From sequence record NC_061444.1: a DNA stretch of 64,000 bases; one strand, given 5' to 3'. Each line of letters begins with the position of its first letter. Position 1 is the first letter of the stretch. The notes beneath the pieces were generated by a model. The model ran no database searches. It was given only the letters and a program-made list of their open reading frames with translations, and was not told where the DNA came from. Both the position numbers and the translations under genes were made by a program. Shown here one piece after another: positions 35,672-45,517 of this stretch.

Positions 35672-37081
35672 ATGAAAAAGATTAAGCACACTTTCCGCCT
35701 GACCGACCTTGTTCGTATCTCCAACGTTCTGCCTGTTACCATGAAGCATTTTGATGGTGCGGGTGAAGAAGCAATCGTCGTTGGTCGTCAGGATGAAAAA
35801 GACGAGTACGCACTACACGTCAAACATCATGGTCGTGTTTCATGGTACCCCGCCGAGTGTTTGAAACTGATCAAACACGATCAGTCTGCACTTCTCGACA
35901 AGTGGGAAGCTGGTAAGTACGGCAAGAAGAAAAAGAAAGAGCGTGAGATCCCTAACGAACTGCGCAACTTCACTGCTATCCTGCCTGTGACCTGTAACGC
36001 TGATTGTGCTTTCTGCCCTGAGAAAGAAATGGAAAACAAAGCGCCGCAGAAAGAGTGGCAAGACAATCTGATGGCTGCAATCAAAACGCACGGCCATCGT
36101 GTCGACCACATATCAATCTCTGGTGGCGAACCTACGCTTCGCATGAAGTATCTGTTCGAAACGATTGATCGTATTCGTGCAGAAGCGGGTATGCACAAAG
36201 TGGGTCTGACTTCTAACGGTCAGTTTCTTGAAAAGCACAACCAGACGATGACGTTCCTCGATCTGAATACAGACGTGATGCTGGAAAGCAAACTGTCGCA
36301 TCTGAATATCAGTCTGCACTCATTCGACCGTGAGAAAGCAAACAAGATTATGGGCGTCAACTATACGTGGACTCTTGATGACCTTGTGCGCTTCCGTCGC
36401 CAGTTAGGTCGCAAGCTGAGTTTCCATATCAACTTCGTTATCAACAAGCAGAACATCGACAACATCGAATGGGAGTTCCGTCAGGCGAACGAACTGATGA
36501 AAGCAAACCCGTGGATCGACGTTGTGTTCCGTGTTGACTACGACAACAAGAAGTTGAGCAAAGAACTGCGCAAGTATGGCATGGCCCATGAAGCGTGGCG
36601 CAACGCTACTCGCGGCTCACAGCGTGACGTTATGGAAGCTGAGAAGAAGTTGAAGAAAAAGCCTGAGCTGATCAAGCTGTTTGATTCTATCTTTGACGGC
36701 AGCTACTACGATGACCTTTTCGACGAGACTATGCCCGGCTTCGACGATACGTTTACTACTGGTTGTCCGTCATGCTTCACGCATCGCAGCGCCGACCTCG
36801 GTAACAGCTTCGCATATCTGAAAGCGTCTTCATACGAACCGAACGAAGACGAAGAAGAATACACCGAAATGGTATTCCACATGGACGGCAACCTGTACTT
36901 CGACTGGTCACGCAAAGAGCCTGTACCAGAAGTGAAAGCCAAGAAGGTAAAAGCGAAGAAAGTGAAGAAGGCGAAGAAAGAAGAACCTAGAGGCTATCCT
37001 GATAGTTGTGAATACACCTCCCAGCGTTGCGGTTATGTTGGTGGTAATGGTCGTTGTGGTTTCGGTAGCGGTATGTGTTAA
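35672..37081 (+). CDS. Radical SAM enzyme with N-terminal SH3-like domain and C-terminal Cys/Gly-rich tail
   Basis: CNADCAFC (CxxxCxxC), ISGGEPT, LTSNG, LNISLH. Confidence 0.85.
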   Translation: MKKIKHTFRLTDLVRISNVLPVTMKHFDGAGEEAIVVGRQDEKDEYALHVKHHGRVSWYPAECLKLIKHDQSALLDKWEAGKYGKKKKKEREIPNELRNFTAILPVTCNADCAFCPEKEMENKAPQKEWQDNLMAAIKTHGHRVDHISISGGEPTLRMKYLFETIDRIRAEAGMHKVGLTSNGQFLEKHNQTMTFLDLNTDVMLESKLSHLNISLHSFDREKANKIMGVNYTWTLDDLVRFRRQLGRKLSFHINFVINKQNIDNIEWEFRQANELMKANPWIDVVFRVDYDNKKLSKELRKYGMAHEAWRNATRGSQRDVMEAEKKLKKKPELIKLFDSIFDGSYYDDLFDETMPGFDDTFTTGCPSCFTHRSADLGNSFAYLKASSYEPNEDEEEYTEMVFHMDGNLYFDWSRKEPVPEVKAKKVKAKKVKKAKKEEPRGYPDSCEYTSQRCGYVGGNGRCGFGSGMC

Positions 37082-37097
37082 CAGGGAAAATGAAATA

Positions 37098-37454
37098 ATG
37101 CGTAAAAACTATTACTATGACAGCCCGTTCTACTACGGGCTTATCGTGTGGCGCAGACGCCTTGCAGTTACTGGTGTGATGCTGATTGCCATTCTGATCA
37201 TGCACGGACGTTCAGCACCTGCTGTAGAAGACATGTGGTTCTGGACAGGTATCATCTTCGGTATCGTTGGTGGCGTTTGCTATATTCGCATGTGGTCCTA
37301 CGAGAGCTACTTGCTTGCTGCGATGGGTCCTCTAGATAACAGCAGTGTTGTTGGAAGTTTGCATTTCGATAAGATCGAACGCAAACATGCAGTCTGGTAC
37401 GAAAAGAAGTTCGGACGCAAGCCGCCTAAAACTAACACATGGAGTATCGACTAA
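37098..37454 (+). CDS. Membrane protein
   Basis: Two or three hydrophobic segments. Confidence 0.65.
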   Translation: MRKNYYYDSPFYYGLIVWRRRLAVTGVMLIAILIMHGRSAPAVEDMWFWTGIIFGIVGGVCYIRMWSYESYLLAAMGPLDNSSVVGSLHFDKIERKHAVWYEKKFGRKPPKTNTWSID

Positions 37455-38230
37455 TGCCTCGCATGTTTACTGATACACACCGCAAGAAATACTATCGTCG
37501 CAAAGATGACCCGCAGTATCACGGCGATTTGTGTGAGCAACTGCAACTCGAAGGTATGGAAACGCTGAAAGACCTAAAATACTTTCAGACTGCTATCGGT
37601 GCTATGCGTAGACGTGACAGCATGAACGTCAATACGACACGCAAGTTTGAGGAGTGGGAACGTCTTGGTATGCTTATTCGCGGTAATCCTGATATACGCG
37701 AACTGCAACAACACGTTCGTGCCTGTGCTTCTCGCATGAAAGCGATTCGTATTGCATACACCGAAGCGCACTCAAAGCGACACAATCAACCGCTGCAATT
37801 TGAAGTGCGTGACGCAGACAACAACCGCGTTGACGTGTTTGTGACGTATGGTGCAGCGCAGTATTGCAAATTGCGTTCAGGTCTCGGTGCAACTATCGGA
37901 CGCTATGAGGAAGTTTCTCTTGCGGAAAGTGTCGATGAACTGATGCAGGAGCAAGCTGCCTGTGACGAGATTGACCGTAAGCTCGATCTTATTGAAGACG
38001 GCAAGTGTTCCGAATGCGGCGCAGAGCGTGACCCTGATGTAGACGATGAATATATGTGTCTGTCGTGTCGTATGGACTCTGATGATGAAGAACGTGCGGA
38101 GGAAACATACGACTACCATGTAGTCGATCCTCGCATGAGAGTCTTGTTCAAATCAAACGATTTAGAGGCTGCTGAGAACTATGCCAAGTATTCTGGCCGA
38201 GTTTGTAAAGTGCAGTACGTAGGGGAATAA
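37454..38230 (+). CDS. Hypothetical protein with acidic CxxC...CxxC finger
   Basis: CSECG...MCLSC. Confidence 0.7.
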   Translation: MPRMFTDTHRKKYYRRKDDPQYHGDLCEQLQLEGMETLKDLKYFQTAIGAMRRRDSMNVNTTRKFEEWERLGMLIRGNPDIRELQQHVRACASRMKAIRIAYTEAHSKRHNQPLQFEVRDADNNRVDVFVTYGAAQYCKLRSGLGATIGRYEEVSLAESVDELMQEQAACDEIDRKLDLIEDGKCSECGAERDPDVDDEYMCLSCRMDSDDEERAEETYDYHVVDPRMRVLFKSNDLEAAENYAKYSGRVCKVQYVGE

Positions 38231-38234
38231 TAAA

Positions 38235-38498
38235 ATGGCTGTAGGCTTCGTAAAAGACGATGGCGTTAACGATACCATCGAAACAAACGTAATGAACGAG
38301 ATTGACCGTGCTCGTTCAGAACTTCAAGGTGCAGGCTCTGATTACTGCATCAACCCTGACTGCGGTGCTAAGATTCCTGTGATGCGCAAGCTCGCTATGC
38401 CGAACGCGCGTTATTGCATTAACTGTCAGGCAAGTCATGACGGTTCCGCGCATGTTGGCTACAATCGTCGTGGCTCCAAAGATTCTCAATTGAGGTAG
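38235..38498 (+). CDS. DksA/TraR C4 Zn-finger protein, YbiI-like
   Basis: C..PDC...IP..R...P..RYCINCQ and C-terminal GYNRRGSKDSQLR as recalled for E. coli YbiI. Confidence 0.85.
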   Translation: MAVGFVKDDGVNDTIETNVMNEIDRARSELQGAGSDYCINPDCGAKIPVMRKLAMPNARYCINCQASHDGSAHVGYNRRGSKDSQLR

Positions 38499-38504
38499 CA
38501 GACA

Positions 38505-38927
38505 ATGGCAACACTTACCCAAATGAATAAGAAGTGGAACGTAACGTTCACCCAGAAAGATAAACCTGATAACGTGTTCACCGCTACGTATACCAACGAG
38601 CAGGAGTATCTCAACTGGGTGGCTCTGCATGAGCAGGGCTTCGATATCGAAGTTGAGATCGAAATGTCTTTCCTCGTGCAGAAAGGTCCGCACGACAACA
38701 TACAACCTGTCGATCAGCCTGATGTGACTTATTCGCTTGAGGCGTTTATCTCGACCGCTAACGACTGGGTAGTTATTCGTAGTGGCATCGCTTCCCCAGA
38801 AGCTGTCACTCAACTTATCGATCAACTCAATATCACGCCTGAAAACAAACACGTCAAGGGAACTAAGTTCCGCGTTGTGCGTGTTATGCGTGACGCTGTT
38901 GAAGAACTGTGGGGAGAGATGCGGTGA
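38505..38927 (+). CDS. Hypothetical protein
   Basis: 140-aa ORF, GAGG RBS. Confidence 0.7.
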   Translation: MATLTQMNKKWNVTFTQKDKPDNVFTATYTNEQEYLNWVALHEQGFDIEVEIEMSFLVQKGPHDNIQPVDQPDVTYSLEAFISTANDWVVIRSGIASPEAVTQLIDQLNITPENKHVKGTKFRVVRVMRDAVEELWGEMR

Positions 38928-39058
38928 GCGACAAAGAACCATATTCACGTTGTGAAGACTGCCGTACACCTCTAGCAGAAGATGAAGTGTACGGTGAGTG
39001 GGATGACCTGTGCGAGAACTGCTTCGCCGATCGTGAAGACGAAGGGGAGCCGACATAA
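38924..39058 (+). CDS. 44-aa acidic Zn-finger peptide, not in ORF track
   Basis: GTG start overlapping TGA; MSDKEPYSRCEDCRTPLAEDEVYGEWDDLCENCFADREDEGEPT; TAATG-coupled to the next gene. Confidence 0.6.
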   Translation: MSDKEPYSRCEDCRTPLAEDEVYGEWDDLCENCFADREDEGEPT

Positions 39059-39375
39059 TGCTGCGTAAACTTTGGATAGCTATGGGATTCATATTCCCTA
39101 CTGTTGCAGATGCCATGCGTAAACGTCAGGCTTGTACACGCATCGGTTACACCAGCTACTGCGTTATGAATCGAGCTGGTTTTGCAGAAGCATTCACGCA
39201 CCACCTGCATGAGTATCGAAACGCCAGCGATTCGCTGGCTGTACTCAACAAACATAAGCACGAAGACGTGACTGCAAAAGCGCAGCGTATGGATTATCCT
39301 TGTGTTGTTGTCTTTGTGGAAGATGGCTTCTCAACGATTGCAATTGATGCGCCTACTATGGAGCGCCACGTATGA
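39058..39375 (+). CDS. Hypothetical protein
   Basis: 105-aa ORF, coupled. Confidence 0.6.
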   Translation: MLRKLWIAMGFIFPTVADAMRKRQACTRIGYTSYCVMNRAGFAEAFTHHLHEYRNASDSLAVLNKHKHEDVTAKAQRMDYPCVVVFVEDGFSTIAIDAPTMERHV

Positions 39376-39725
39376 AACTTACAAAGCTGCCACGTTACTT
39401 GTGGCTTACGAGCAAACAGGTAACGTACTTCTTCAAGCTGCTTAAAGCGAATCGTGAACTCGCTGCTATGGAGCATGAAGCAGAAGTGCTCAAAGCTCTG
39501 CAAGATCTCACTGAGCGTGATATGCAGAACGGAACTATTGTCTGCATCAAGGTGCTTTCGTTCTTTCAGGAGTTGAAGCGTCCTCGTGGTGTGAAGCATA
39601 ATCTTCCCTACCTATGGCCGAAGCGTGATTTGATTTGCTTGCTCAACAAGAACGGCGTTGCAGTAGGTCCAGTACCGAATTACTTTGCAGCGTTCCATCA
39701 ACTCGTAGACAAAGGGTTTAAATGA
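39372..39725 (+). CDS. Hypothetical protein
   Basis: 117-aa ORF, coupled. Confidence 0.65.
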   Translation: MKLTKLPRYLWLTSKQVTYFFKLLKANRELAAMEHEAEVLKALQDLTERDMQNGTIVCIKVLSFFQELKRPRGVKHNLPYLWPKRDLICLLNKNGVAVGPVPNYFAAFHQLVDKGFK

Positions 39726-40387
39726 TGAACATCATTCAATTCCTCATGGATGAGGACGAAGTACAAGAAGCACTCGTCGCGTATCGCACTGACCCTACCG
39801 ATGAAAACAAACGTCGTGTGATCGAAACGCTTTTGCGTGAGCGAGAGTCCGCACCTGACGTGTCAGAGAAACCTACTGTGCTTGGTAAGCCTCCACATCG
39901 TTTTGTGCTTATCCCGCACACTACCGCCATCAATCGTGAGCGAGTAGAAGTTAGTGGTGGTCAGATTAGCTGGGACAGGCCCGTTGATCGTAGACTGCTC
40001 GATCTAGCGAAGTGTGCTACTCGTGTCGGTCATCACGTACACGAACTTGGGGGATCTGCTGTATTTGTGCGATTCACCGTCGAAGAGTGGCATGAGACTT
40101 TCATGACGCAGGGTCTTCCTATGTACCTTGCAGCGATGCAAGATGCCTTGAAGGAAACAGAGAGTCTCGAAGCTATCGCAGTCTCTATGGAGAAACTGAT
40201 TCGCGTTGTAGGTAACATGACCGAACTTGCATATTCAAAACGCCTGATAGGCCAGATGTATGCTGTTGCCGAAAACAGACACGACGACACTGTTAGCCGT
40301 GCGCTAGTCGCTATGGTGGATCTGAAAAGAACAAAGAACATCCCTGCTATCTGTAAAGAACCCGAAGACGAGAACGAGGAAGAATAA
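39722..40387 (+). CDS. Hypothetical protein
   Basis: 221-aa ORF. Confidence 0.7.
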   Translation: MMNIIQFLMDEDEVQEALVAYRTDPTDENKRRVIETLLRERESAPDVSEKPTVLGKPPHRFVLIPHTTAINRERVEVSGGQISWDRPVDRRLLDLAKCATRVGHHVHELGGSAVFVRFTVEEWHETFMTQGLPMYLAAMQDALKETESLEAIAVSMEKLIRVVGNMTELAYSKRLIGQMYAVAENRHDDTVSRALVAMVDLKRTKNIPAICKEPEDENEEE

Positions 40388-40759
40388 ATGATCAAGAAAA
40401 TTCCTACCCAGCAAATTGATAAAGACATGGCATTGCGTATCGAAGACTACGCCGCTGCGTGTAACCTCACCGATTACACTGCCGTGGTTCGTGGTGCGTG
40501 GAAATTGATTCGCGGTACAAACAAGAATGGTCAGTTCACTGTCGTTCTTGTCGGTCCTCACGCTGTCACATCCAATCTAGTCGGCATCCAGATTCTAATG
40601 GCTGCTGGCTTCTCTGATGTAGACGCTATGCTTGCCTTAGGTGTGACGCGTGGTGAGTATAAGACGTGGGTTAAACACCAACGAGCGCGTGTACGTGAAT
40701 CTAAAACGCAACCACGCATGGGCAGCACAACATCACTCGACGATCTCAAGGGGAAATAA
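40388..40759 (+). CDS. Hypothetical protein, possible C-terminal HTH
   Basis: AAGFSDVDAMLALGVTRGEYKTW. Confidence 0.65.
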   Translation: MIKKIPTQQIDKDMALRIEDYAAACNLTDYTAVVRGAWKLIRGTNKNGQFTVVLVGPHAVTSNLVGIQILMAAGFSDVDAMLALGVTRGEYKTWVKHQRARVRESKTQPRMGSTTSLDDLKGK

Positions 40760-40760
40760 G

Positions 40761-41534
40761 ATGAAACAGTTATTCGTAGGCAGCCACCCAAACACCGTTC
40801 GCTTCTCTGATCTCGATTCGCGTGATCGCGTGTGTGAGATTCGTGTGCTGATCGCTAATGCGTATACTATTCTGCGCGATGCGATTGGCGAGAAAGCCAA
40901 AGACGAGTCAAGCATCTTCCACGGTCCGTGGCTCGTGTTTCGCAACCTGATGAATGAGCACCCTGCTACGTGTCTCGAAGAATATCGTCACGCCTCAATC
41001 TACTTCGATGCAGACACTGAAAACATGGTGACTGAGATTGCTGATCTGATTGAACAGCATATCGAGCTGACGCGACAGACTATTAGCCTGAAGGGCATTC
41101 ACCAACATCAGGCTGATGCGATGATCAGTATTGACGATACTACCCAGAATACTATGCGTGAAGTAACGGTGCGCGTTGGGTTAGGTAAGACCCGCAGTGT
41201 TCTAAGTGAGACTGAGAGCAACAATCCTCATCTGGTATTGGCGGACAGTGTTCGCGCGTATATCCAGAACGCTGCCAAGACCGCATCGGTATTTGCGTTT
41301 TGCTCGCGTTTGACCAATAAATTGGGATCTGATTGTTATGACCGTTACGACGACATGACTCAGGAAGAAATGATTGACTGCGTACACGGCCTCATTCTCG
41401 CTTCATCTCAAAGTGTGGAGCAAATTCAAGGCCATGTGCGTCACTACATCAAGGCCTTATCTATGCCGGAGTGGAAATGGTTTGGGTCGAACTATCAGGC
41501 GGCAGATGATGAAAACTTCGCGCTTCCCTCTTAA
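40761..41534 (+). CDS. Hypothetical protein
   Basis: 257 aa from the ATG after AAGGGG. Confidence 0.7.
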   Translation: MKQLFVGSHPNTVRFSDLDSRDRVCEIRVLIANAYTILRDAIGEKAKDESSIFHGPWLVFRNLMNEHPATCLEEYRHASIYFDADTENMVTEIADLIEQHIELTRQTISLKGIHQHQADAMISIDDTTQNTMREVTVRVGLGKTRSVLSETESNNPHLVLADSVRAYIQNAAKTASVFAFCSRLTNKLGSDCYDRYDDMTQEEMIDCVHGLILASSQSVEQIQGHVRHYIKALSMPEWKWFGSNYQAADDENFALPS

Positions 41535-41712
41535 ACGTTATTGGCGCGAGGCGATAATACTGATTGTGTTGGTTGTCATCGCTTTCGCTTTACCTTACTT
41601 CGAAGTGCGCAACCCAGAGCTGACTATGCTGGTGGCTGTTATCGTGGCTGTGTACTTCTTCGCTACTTGGGCATGTAAGCCTAGATATGGACGAGACAAT
41701 GAGAAAGAATGA
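41506..41712 (+). CDS. Small two-TM membrane protein
   Basis: AIILIVLVVIAFALPYF...LVAVIVAVYFFATW. Confidence 0.55.
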   Translation: MMKTSRFPLKRYWREAIILIVLVVIAFALPYFEVRNPELTMLVAVIVAVYFFATWACKPRYGRDNEKE

Positions 41713-42250
41713 AATCGTATTGAGCGCCGAAGAGATTGCAGACGGCATTGAGAAGATCAATCACGCACTACTGCAAGTTGGTCTGCGTTGCAACGAAGGT
41801 GATGTTGGTTACGAAACTGTGTACACCGATGATCGCGGTGAAACGCAGGGTGGCTGGTACGCCGAGTTCGATAAGAAGTCCCGCGATAAGCTGCGTGAAT
41901 CAAAGAAAGTGTCGTGGCGTAACTGCGGCATGATTAGCGGCGACACGCTCGATAGCATTCTGCGTACTGCTGCTAGTCTGAAATTCCGCAACTATGGCAA
42001 AGAGCCTAGCCCTACTCAGATTAAGAAAGTGGTGCACATGATGACCAAAGAAGGTGCCACCCAGAGAGCGCTTGAGATCTACAACTCAGCCGCGCCTCTG
42101 TCTGACGATGACCTCAAGCTGTGTATCGAACACTTCCGTTCACTGGAAGCGTTAATCAAAGTTGACCCGATGTTGAAGCTCGCGCAGCCATACGTCGTGA
42201 ACAACCTGTATCAACTCGAAAACTACTTACACGCACGTAAGAGCAAGTAA
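41699..42250 (+). CDS. Hypothetical protein
   Basis: About 183-aa ORF. Confidence 0.7.
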   Translation: MRKNEIVLSAEEIADGIEKINHALLQVGLRCNEGDVGYETVYTDDRGETQGGWYAEFDKKSRDKLRESKKVSWRNCGMISGDTLDSILRTAASLKFRNYGKEPSPTQIKKVVHMMTKEGATQRALEIYNSAAPLSDDDLKLCIEHFRSLEALIKVDPMLKLAQPYVVNNLYQLENYLHARKSK

Positions 42251-42255
42251 CAATC

Positions 42256-42284
42256 ATGGGAGACTCCTAACGGGGTTTCCCATT
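42256..42284 (+). terminator. Intrinsic terminator
   Basis: ATGGGAGACTCC-TAAC-GGGGTTTCCCAT; near copy of the 7448 terminator in reverse. Confidence 0.6.
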
Positions 42285-42308
42285 CGTCATTTCTGGAGCA
42301 AATTTCAC

Positions 42309-43289
42309 ATGAGATTCGGATTCGCCTGCAAACTAATCGACGAGAAAGGCAAACAACCCTACCCAAACAAAAGTCTAAGCTACAAGCACTTCTCAAAACT
42401 CAGTCTCGATGAACGACGCCAGAAGTTGCGTGAGATCGTGACAGTCAATCTAACGTCGCTGTATGATATGGTTGCTCACGTCGGTATGTTACGCCGAGAC
42501 ATGCGTATGTTTCGAATCACTAGTGAATTACTTCCGTTGTACACGCACCCGCAAGTAACGCATCTTTATCAAGAGCGTGAACTCGCCGCATACATCGAAC
42601 ACTGGTTGTGGAAGTGTGGCACGTTGGCACAGGGTGCTGGCGTTAGACTTTCGTTTCATCCTGGTCAGTTCACGGTACTCGCATCTGATCGACCTGACGT
42701 TGTGCTCAACTCGATTAACGAACTTGAGTACCATGCGTACTGCGCCTATCACATGGGGTATGGTCGTCGCTTTCAAGACTTCAAGATCAACATTCACCTA
42801 AGCGGTAAGCTGGGTGCAAAAGGCTTTCGTGCAGCGCACTCGAAACTTTCTGATCACTGCCGAAAGATGTTGACCGTTGAGAACGACGAGATCACGTCCA
42901 GCATCGAAGACTGTTTAGAACTTGCCGACATATGCCCGATAGTCCTAGATATTCATCATCACTGGGTTATGACAAACGAGTACATACAGCCGAACGATGA
43001 TCGTGTTCAGCGTGTCATAGAGTCATGGCGAGGCATCACGCCTGTTGCTCATTACTCTGTATCTCGCCCAGAGTTCGTGCCGTCACGTGGTATGCCAGAT
43101 CAGAACAAGCTCGCTGCTAATCGTATGCAGTTACGCGCACACTCTGACTACTATCACAATGACGACGTAAACGACTGGGCGCTGACTTTCACTGATTTTG
43201 ACCTTATGTGCGAGTCTAAAGCTAAAAACAGAGCACGTATAAAACTGGCATGTTTTCGTGCGAACTCTGCAAATAACTGGACAAAATAA
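42309..43289 (+). CDS. uvsE: UV-damage endonuclease (UvsE/UVDE)
   Basis: RFGFAC, RLSFHPGQF.VL.S, LTVEND, PIVLDIHHH, HSDY, DLMCESKAK. Confidence 0.9.
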   Translation: MRFGFACKLIDEKGKQPYPNKSLSYKHFSKLSLDERRQKLREIVTVNLTSLYDMVAHVGMLRRDMRMFRITSELLPLYTHPQVTHLYQERELAAYIEHWLWKCGTLAQGAGVRLSFHPGQFTVLASDRPDVVLNSINELEYHAYCAYHMGYGRRFQDFKINIHLSGKLGAKGFRAAHSKLSDHCRKMLTVENDEITSSIEDCLELADICPIVLDIHHHWVMTNEYIQPNDDRVQRVIESWRGITPVAHYSVSRPEFVPSRGMPDQNKLAANRMQLRAHSDYYHNDDVNDWALTFTDFDLMCESKAKNRARIKLACFRANSANNWTK

Positions 43290-43322
43290 GGCTTGTTTCA
43301 GACGATCGCCCTGTGCTACAAT
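43271..43322 (+). promoter_or_regulatory. Early promoter family, copy 5
   Basis: AAATAACTGGACAAAAT; 33 bp to TACAAT; TTGTTT -35. Confidence 0.75.
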
Positions 43323-43377
43323 GTAAGTGAGCACTTTAATCGCGTTTTTCACATATAACTAGACTGAGAAAATAAAC

Positions 43378-43680
43378 ATGTTCAATACAACAACCATCGC
43401 AAAGAAAACAACCGCTTCACCGTCCACCAGCCATTCTTTCGGTATCACGGGCATCACGCCTACCAATCGCATCGCTTGCGTTTGGCCAGGTGCTCTGGAA
43501 GTTCCCGCTCCTATCAAACGTTGGTGTCGTGCGAATGAAATCTTGACTGACCTTGATGCTTACATGCGTGTTCGCTTTAAAGGTCGTCGTGCTGACATTC
43601 TGAATCTGGTTACCAAACATCTGGCGCCGAACAACCCTGAAATGGCTGTTCGCATTCTTGCAACTATCACCGAGGCTTAA
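43378..43680 (+). CDS. Hypothetical protein
   Basis: 100-aa ORF, first gene after the promoter. Confidence 0.7.
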   Translation: MFNTTTIAKKTTASPSTSHSFGITGITPTNRIACVWPGALEVPAPIKRWCRANEILTDLDAYMRVRFKGRRADILNLVTKHLAPNNPEMAVRILATITEA

Positions 43681-43681
43681 A

Positions 43682-43945
43682 ATGAAAGTTCAGCCGCTGG
43701 AAGCTATGTATGGCGCTACGAACGCCAATACACCGTTAGTCGAAAAACGAGGCTTCCGTACTGTCGAATCTAAGTATGTCGATGGAACGGAGGTTAGATT
43801 ACAACGATTGTCACATGATATCCATGAGCGTGTGGTGGTGGGCTACGACCAGTTTGGTCGAGCAGTGTATGGAACATATTTGCCACCATCATCGTTCGAA
43901 GTGCGTGACAGCAAGGAGAGCGAACCGAATAAAACGGCGCCCTAG
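43682..43945 (+). CDS. Hypothetical protein
   Basis: 87 aa; GAGG RBS. Confidence 0.6.
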   Translation: MKVQPLEAMYGATNANTPLVEKRGFRTVESKYVDGTEVRLQRLSHDIHERVVVGYDQFGRAVYGTYLPPSSFEVRDSKESEPNKTAP

Positions 43946-44021
43946 CAAGCTCACAACCAGAAGCCATAGAATAAACCAAACAATAAATTCATGCGCTGAC
44001 CTATCGTGGGGGTGTCTTAAA

Positions 44022-44399
44022 ATGATCGTTATCTGTAACTCTTCAAGACAGTTTTGTGCAGATCGTCTTGCACACGGGGATGCTTTTGTTTTTGGTAAGA
44101 CTCGCATGTTGTTACGTGCTGACTATATCGTCCTGACCGACAAGAACAATAGTATCTATGTAATACGCAAATCTGATGTTGTTTGGGCTCCCGAGCTTAC
44201 GGGCGCAACGCATGTGATTAAGATCCGGGCGTTCGCCCAGATTAAACCATTTGAACTCAACGCAGCATGTCCTCAGTTTAATAGCCGCGTATTCGGAACA
44301 ATCGCGTTCCGTAATCCGCACTTCGAGTACAGACTGAATGGTCTGAAATACGTAGAGACAATCTTCGGAGGTTTACATGGCACGGTATCATGTGTTTAG
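44022..44399 (+). CDS. Hypothetical protein
   Basis: 125 aa; GGGGG RBS. Confidence 0.55.
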   Translation: MIVICNSSRQFCADRLAHGDAFVFGKTRMLLRADYIVLTDKNNSIYVIRKSDVVWAPELTGATHVIKIRAFAQIKPFELNAACPQFNSRVFGTIAFRNPHFEYRLNGLKYVETIFGGLHGTVSCV

Positions 44400-44625
44400 T
44401 GCGGCCCATAAATACTACGGCGAAGCATATGAAGGTACGTGGCTGAAAGAGATAGCACTCAACGGCCATCAAGTTACTTCCGCCGAGTTTAGAGACTTCG
44501 AGAGCGCAAAGGAATGCGCAGACAAGCTGCATGAGGTTTGCGGTACAGGGTGGATCGTTTACAACGCTTTCTCCGAGAGAGCGATGTACGATACCCGCAC
44601 AGAGCACGGCGAGTCTGTAAAGTAA
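44377..44625 (+). CDS. Hypothetical protein
   Basis: 82 aa; GGAGG RBS. Confidence 0.65.
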   Translation: MARYHVFSAAHKYYGEAYEGTWLKEIALNGHQVTSAEFRDFESAKECADKLHEVCGTGWIVYNAFSERAMYDTRTEHGESVK

Positions 44626-44702
44626 TAGCAGCCTCGCCTGCACCTATTCTTAACGTGGCGCTTACGGGCTTCACAACAATTCACTATCAATTGAGGTTCA
44701 AA

Positions 44703-45212
44703 ATGAAATTCACTTCTATCGCTATCGCACTGGTTATGTCTGCTTCCGCGTCTGCTGCAAACTACAAAGCTCCTGCACCTGCTGCAGGTATGCAGTCGTC
44801 AGGCATGTCCATCTCTGACAAACTGGATGATAGCTGTCTGAGCAAGCTGTCCGATGCGCATGACCTGCGTAGCTCTGTTGTTGATTTTGCTGTGTCGCGT
44901 GATGCTATCGACACGGTAGCACTTTGGCCTCTGGTCTGTGCGCCGACTGTTGAAGCTAAGTCTATCAGTGTTGAGCGTATGGGCTCCGACCTGACGCTCA
45001 CTTACGTCAACAAAGACGCAACAATGCCTAAGCTCGTTATGGTGTTGCAGCGCGTTAAGTCAGAGAACGAAGACGATGCACCTGCGTATCAGATTGTTCA
45101 GGTCGGTGATATGAATGCTATGGGTTATGAAGAACAGTCTGCTGTCAGAGACTGGTTACTTGATTGCTACGCAGCGACCGTACAGGATGATATGATGGCG
45201 GTGTTGAACTGA
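44703..45212 (+). CDS. Secreted/periplasmic protein with signal peptide
   Basis: MKFTSIAIALVMSASASA Sec-type signal. Confidence 0.7.
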   Translation: MKFTSIAIALVMSASASAANYKAPAPAAGMQSSGMSISDKLDDSCLSKLSDAHDLRSSVVDFAVSRDAIDTVALWPLVCAPTVEAKSISVERMGSDLTLTYVNKDATMPKLVMVLQRVKSENEDDAPAYQIVQVGDMNAMGYEEQSAVRDWLLDCYAATVQDDMMAVLN

Positions 45213-45517
45213 TGCCAAAGAAAGATATGTCCGCGTTCAATGCGCAACGCACCCTGATCAACAAAGCTGCATCAACTCCCGCAGATTGGGAAACGTTCAA
45301 ACAAATGTTACTCAATCTGCGTCTGGCTGTTGCTGTTGAGCCTCGCCCAGATGCTGCTGTACGCCATCTTGCACGTACTTGGTACACGGAAGATAAGTAC
45401 CCGCTACCCGTCTGCAAAGCAACGCTGTTGAAACTCATGGCGTTGAAGAAAGCAAACCGCAATCTTGAAGAAATGATCGCGCTCTACATTGACCTTGAGG
45501 AAGGACCTAAGAAATGA
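45212..45517 (+). CDS. Hypothetical protein
   Basis: 101 aa, TGATG coupling. Confidence 0.65.
   Translation: MPKKDMSAFNAQRTLINKAASTPADWETFKQMLLNLRLAVAVEPRPDAAVRHLARTWYTEDKYPLPVCKATLLKLMALKKANRNLEEMIALYIDLEEGPKK

Noticed and set aside
35672-37081. Viperin-like ddhNTP synthase
   Set aside because: Beyond CxxxCxxC and GGEP, I cannot see viperin-specific motifs, and the domain architecture differs.
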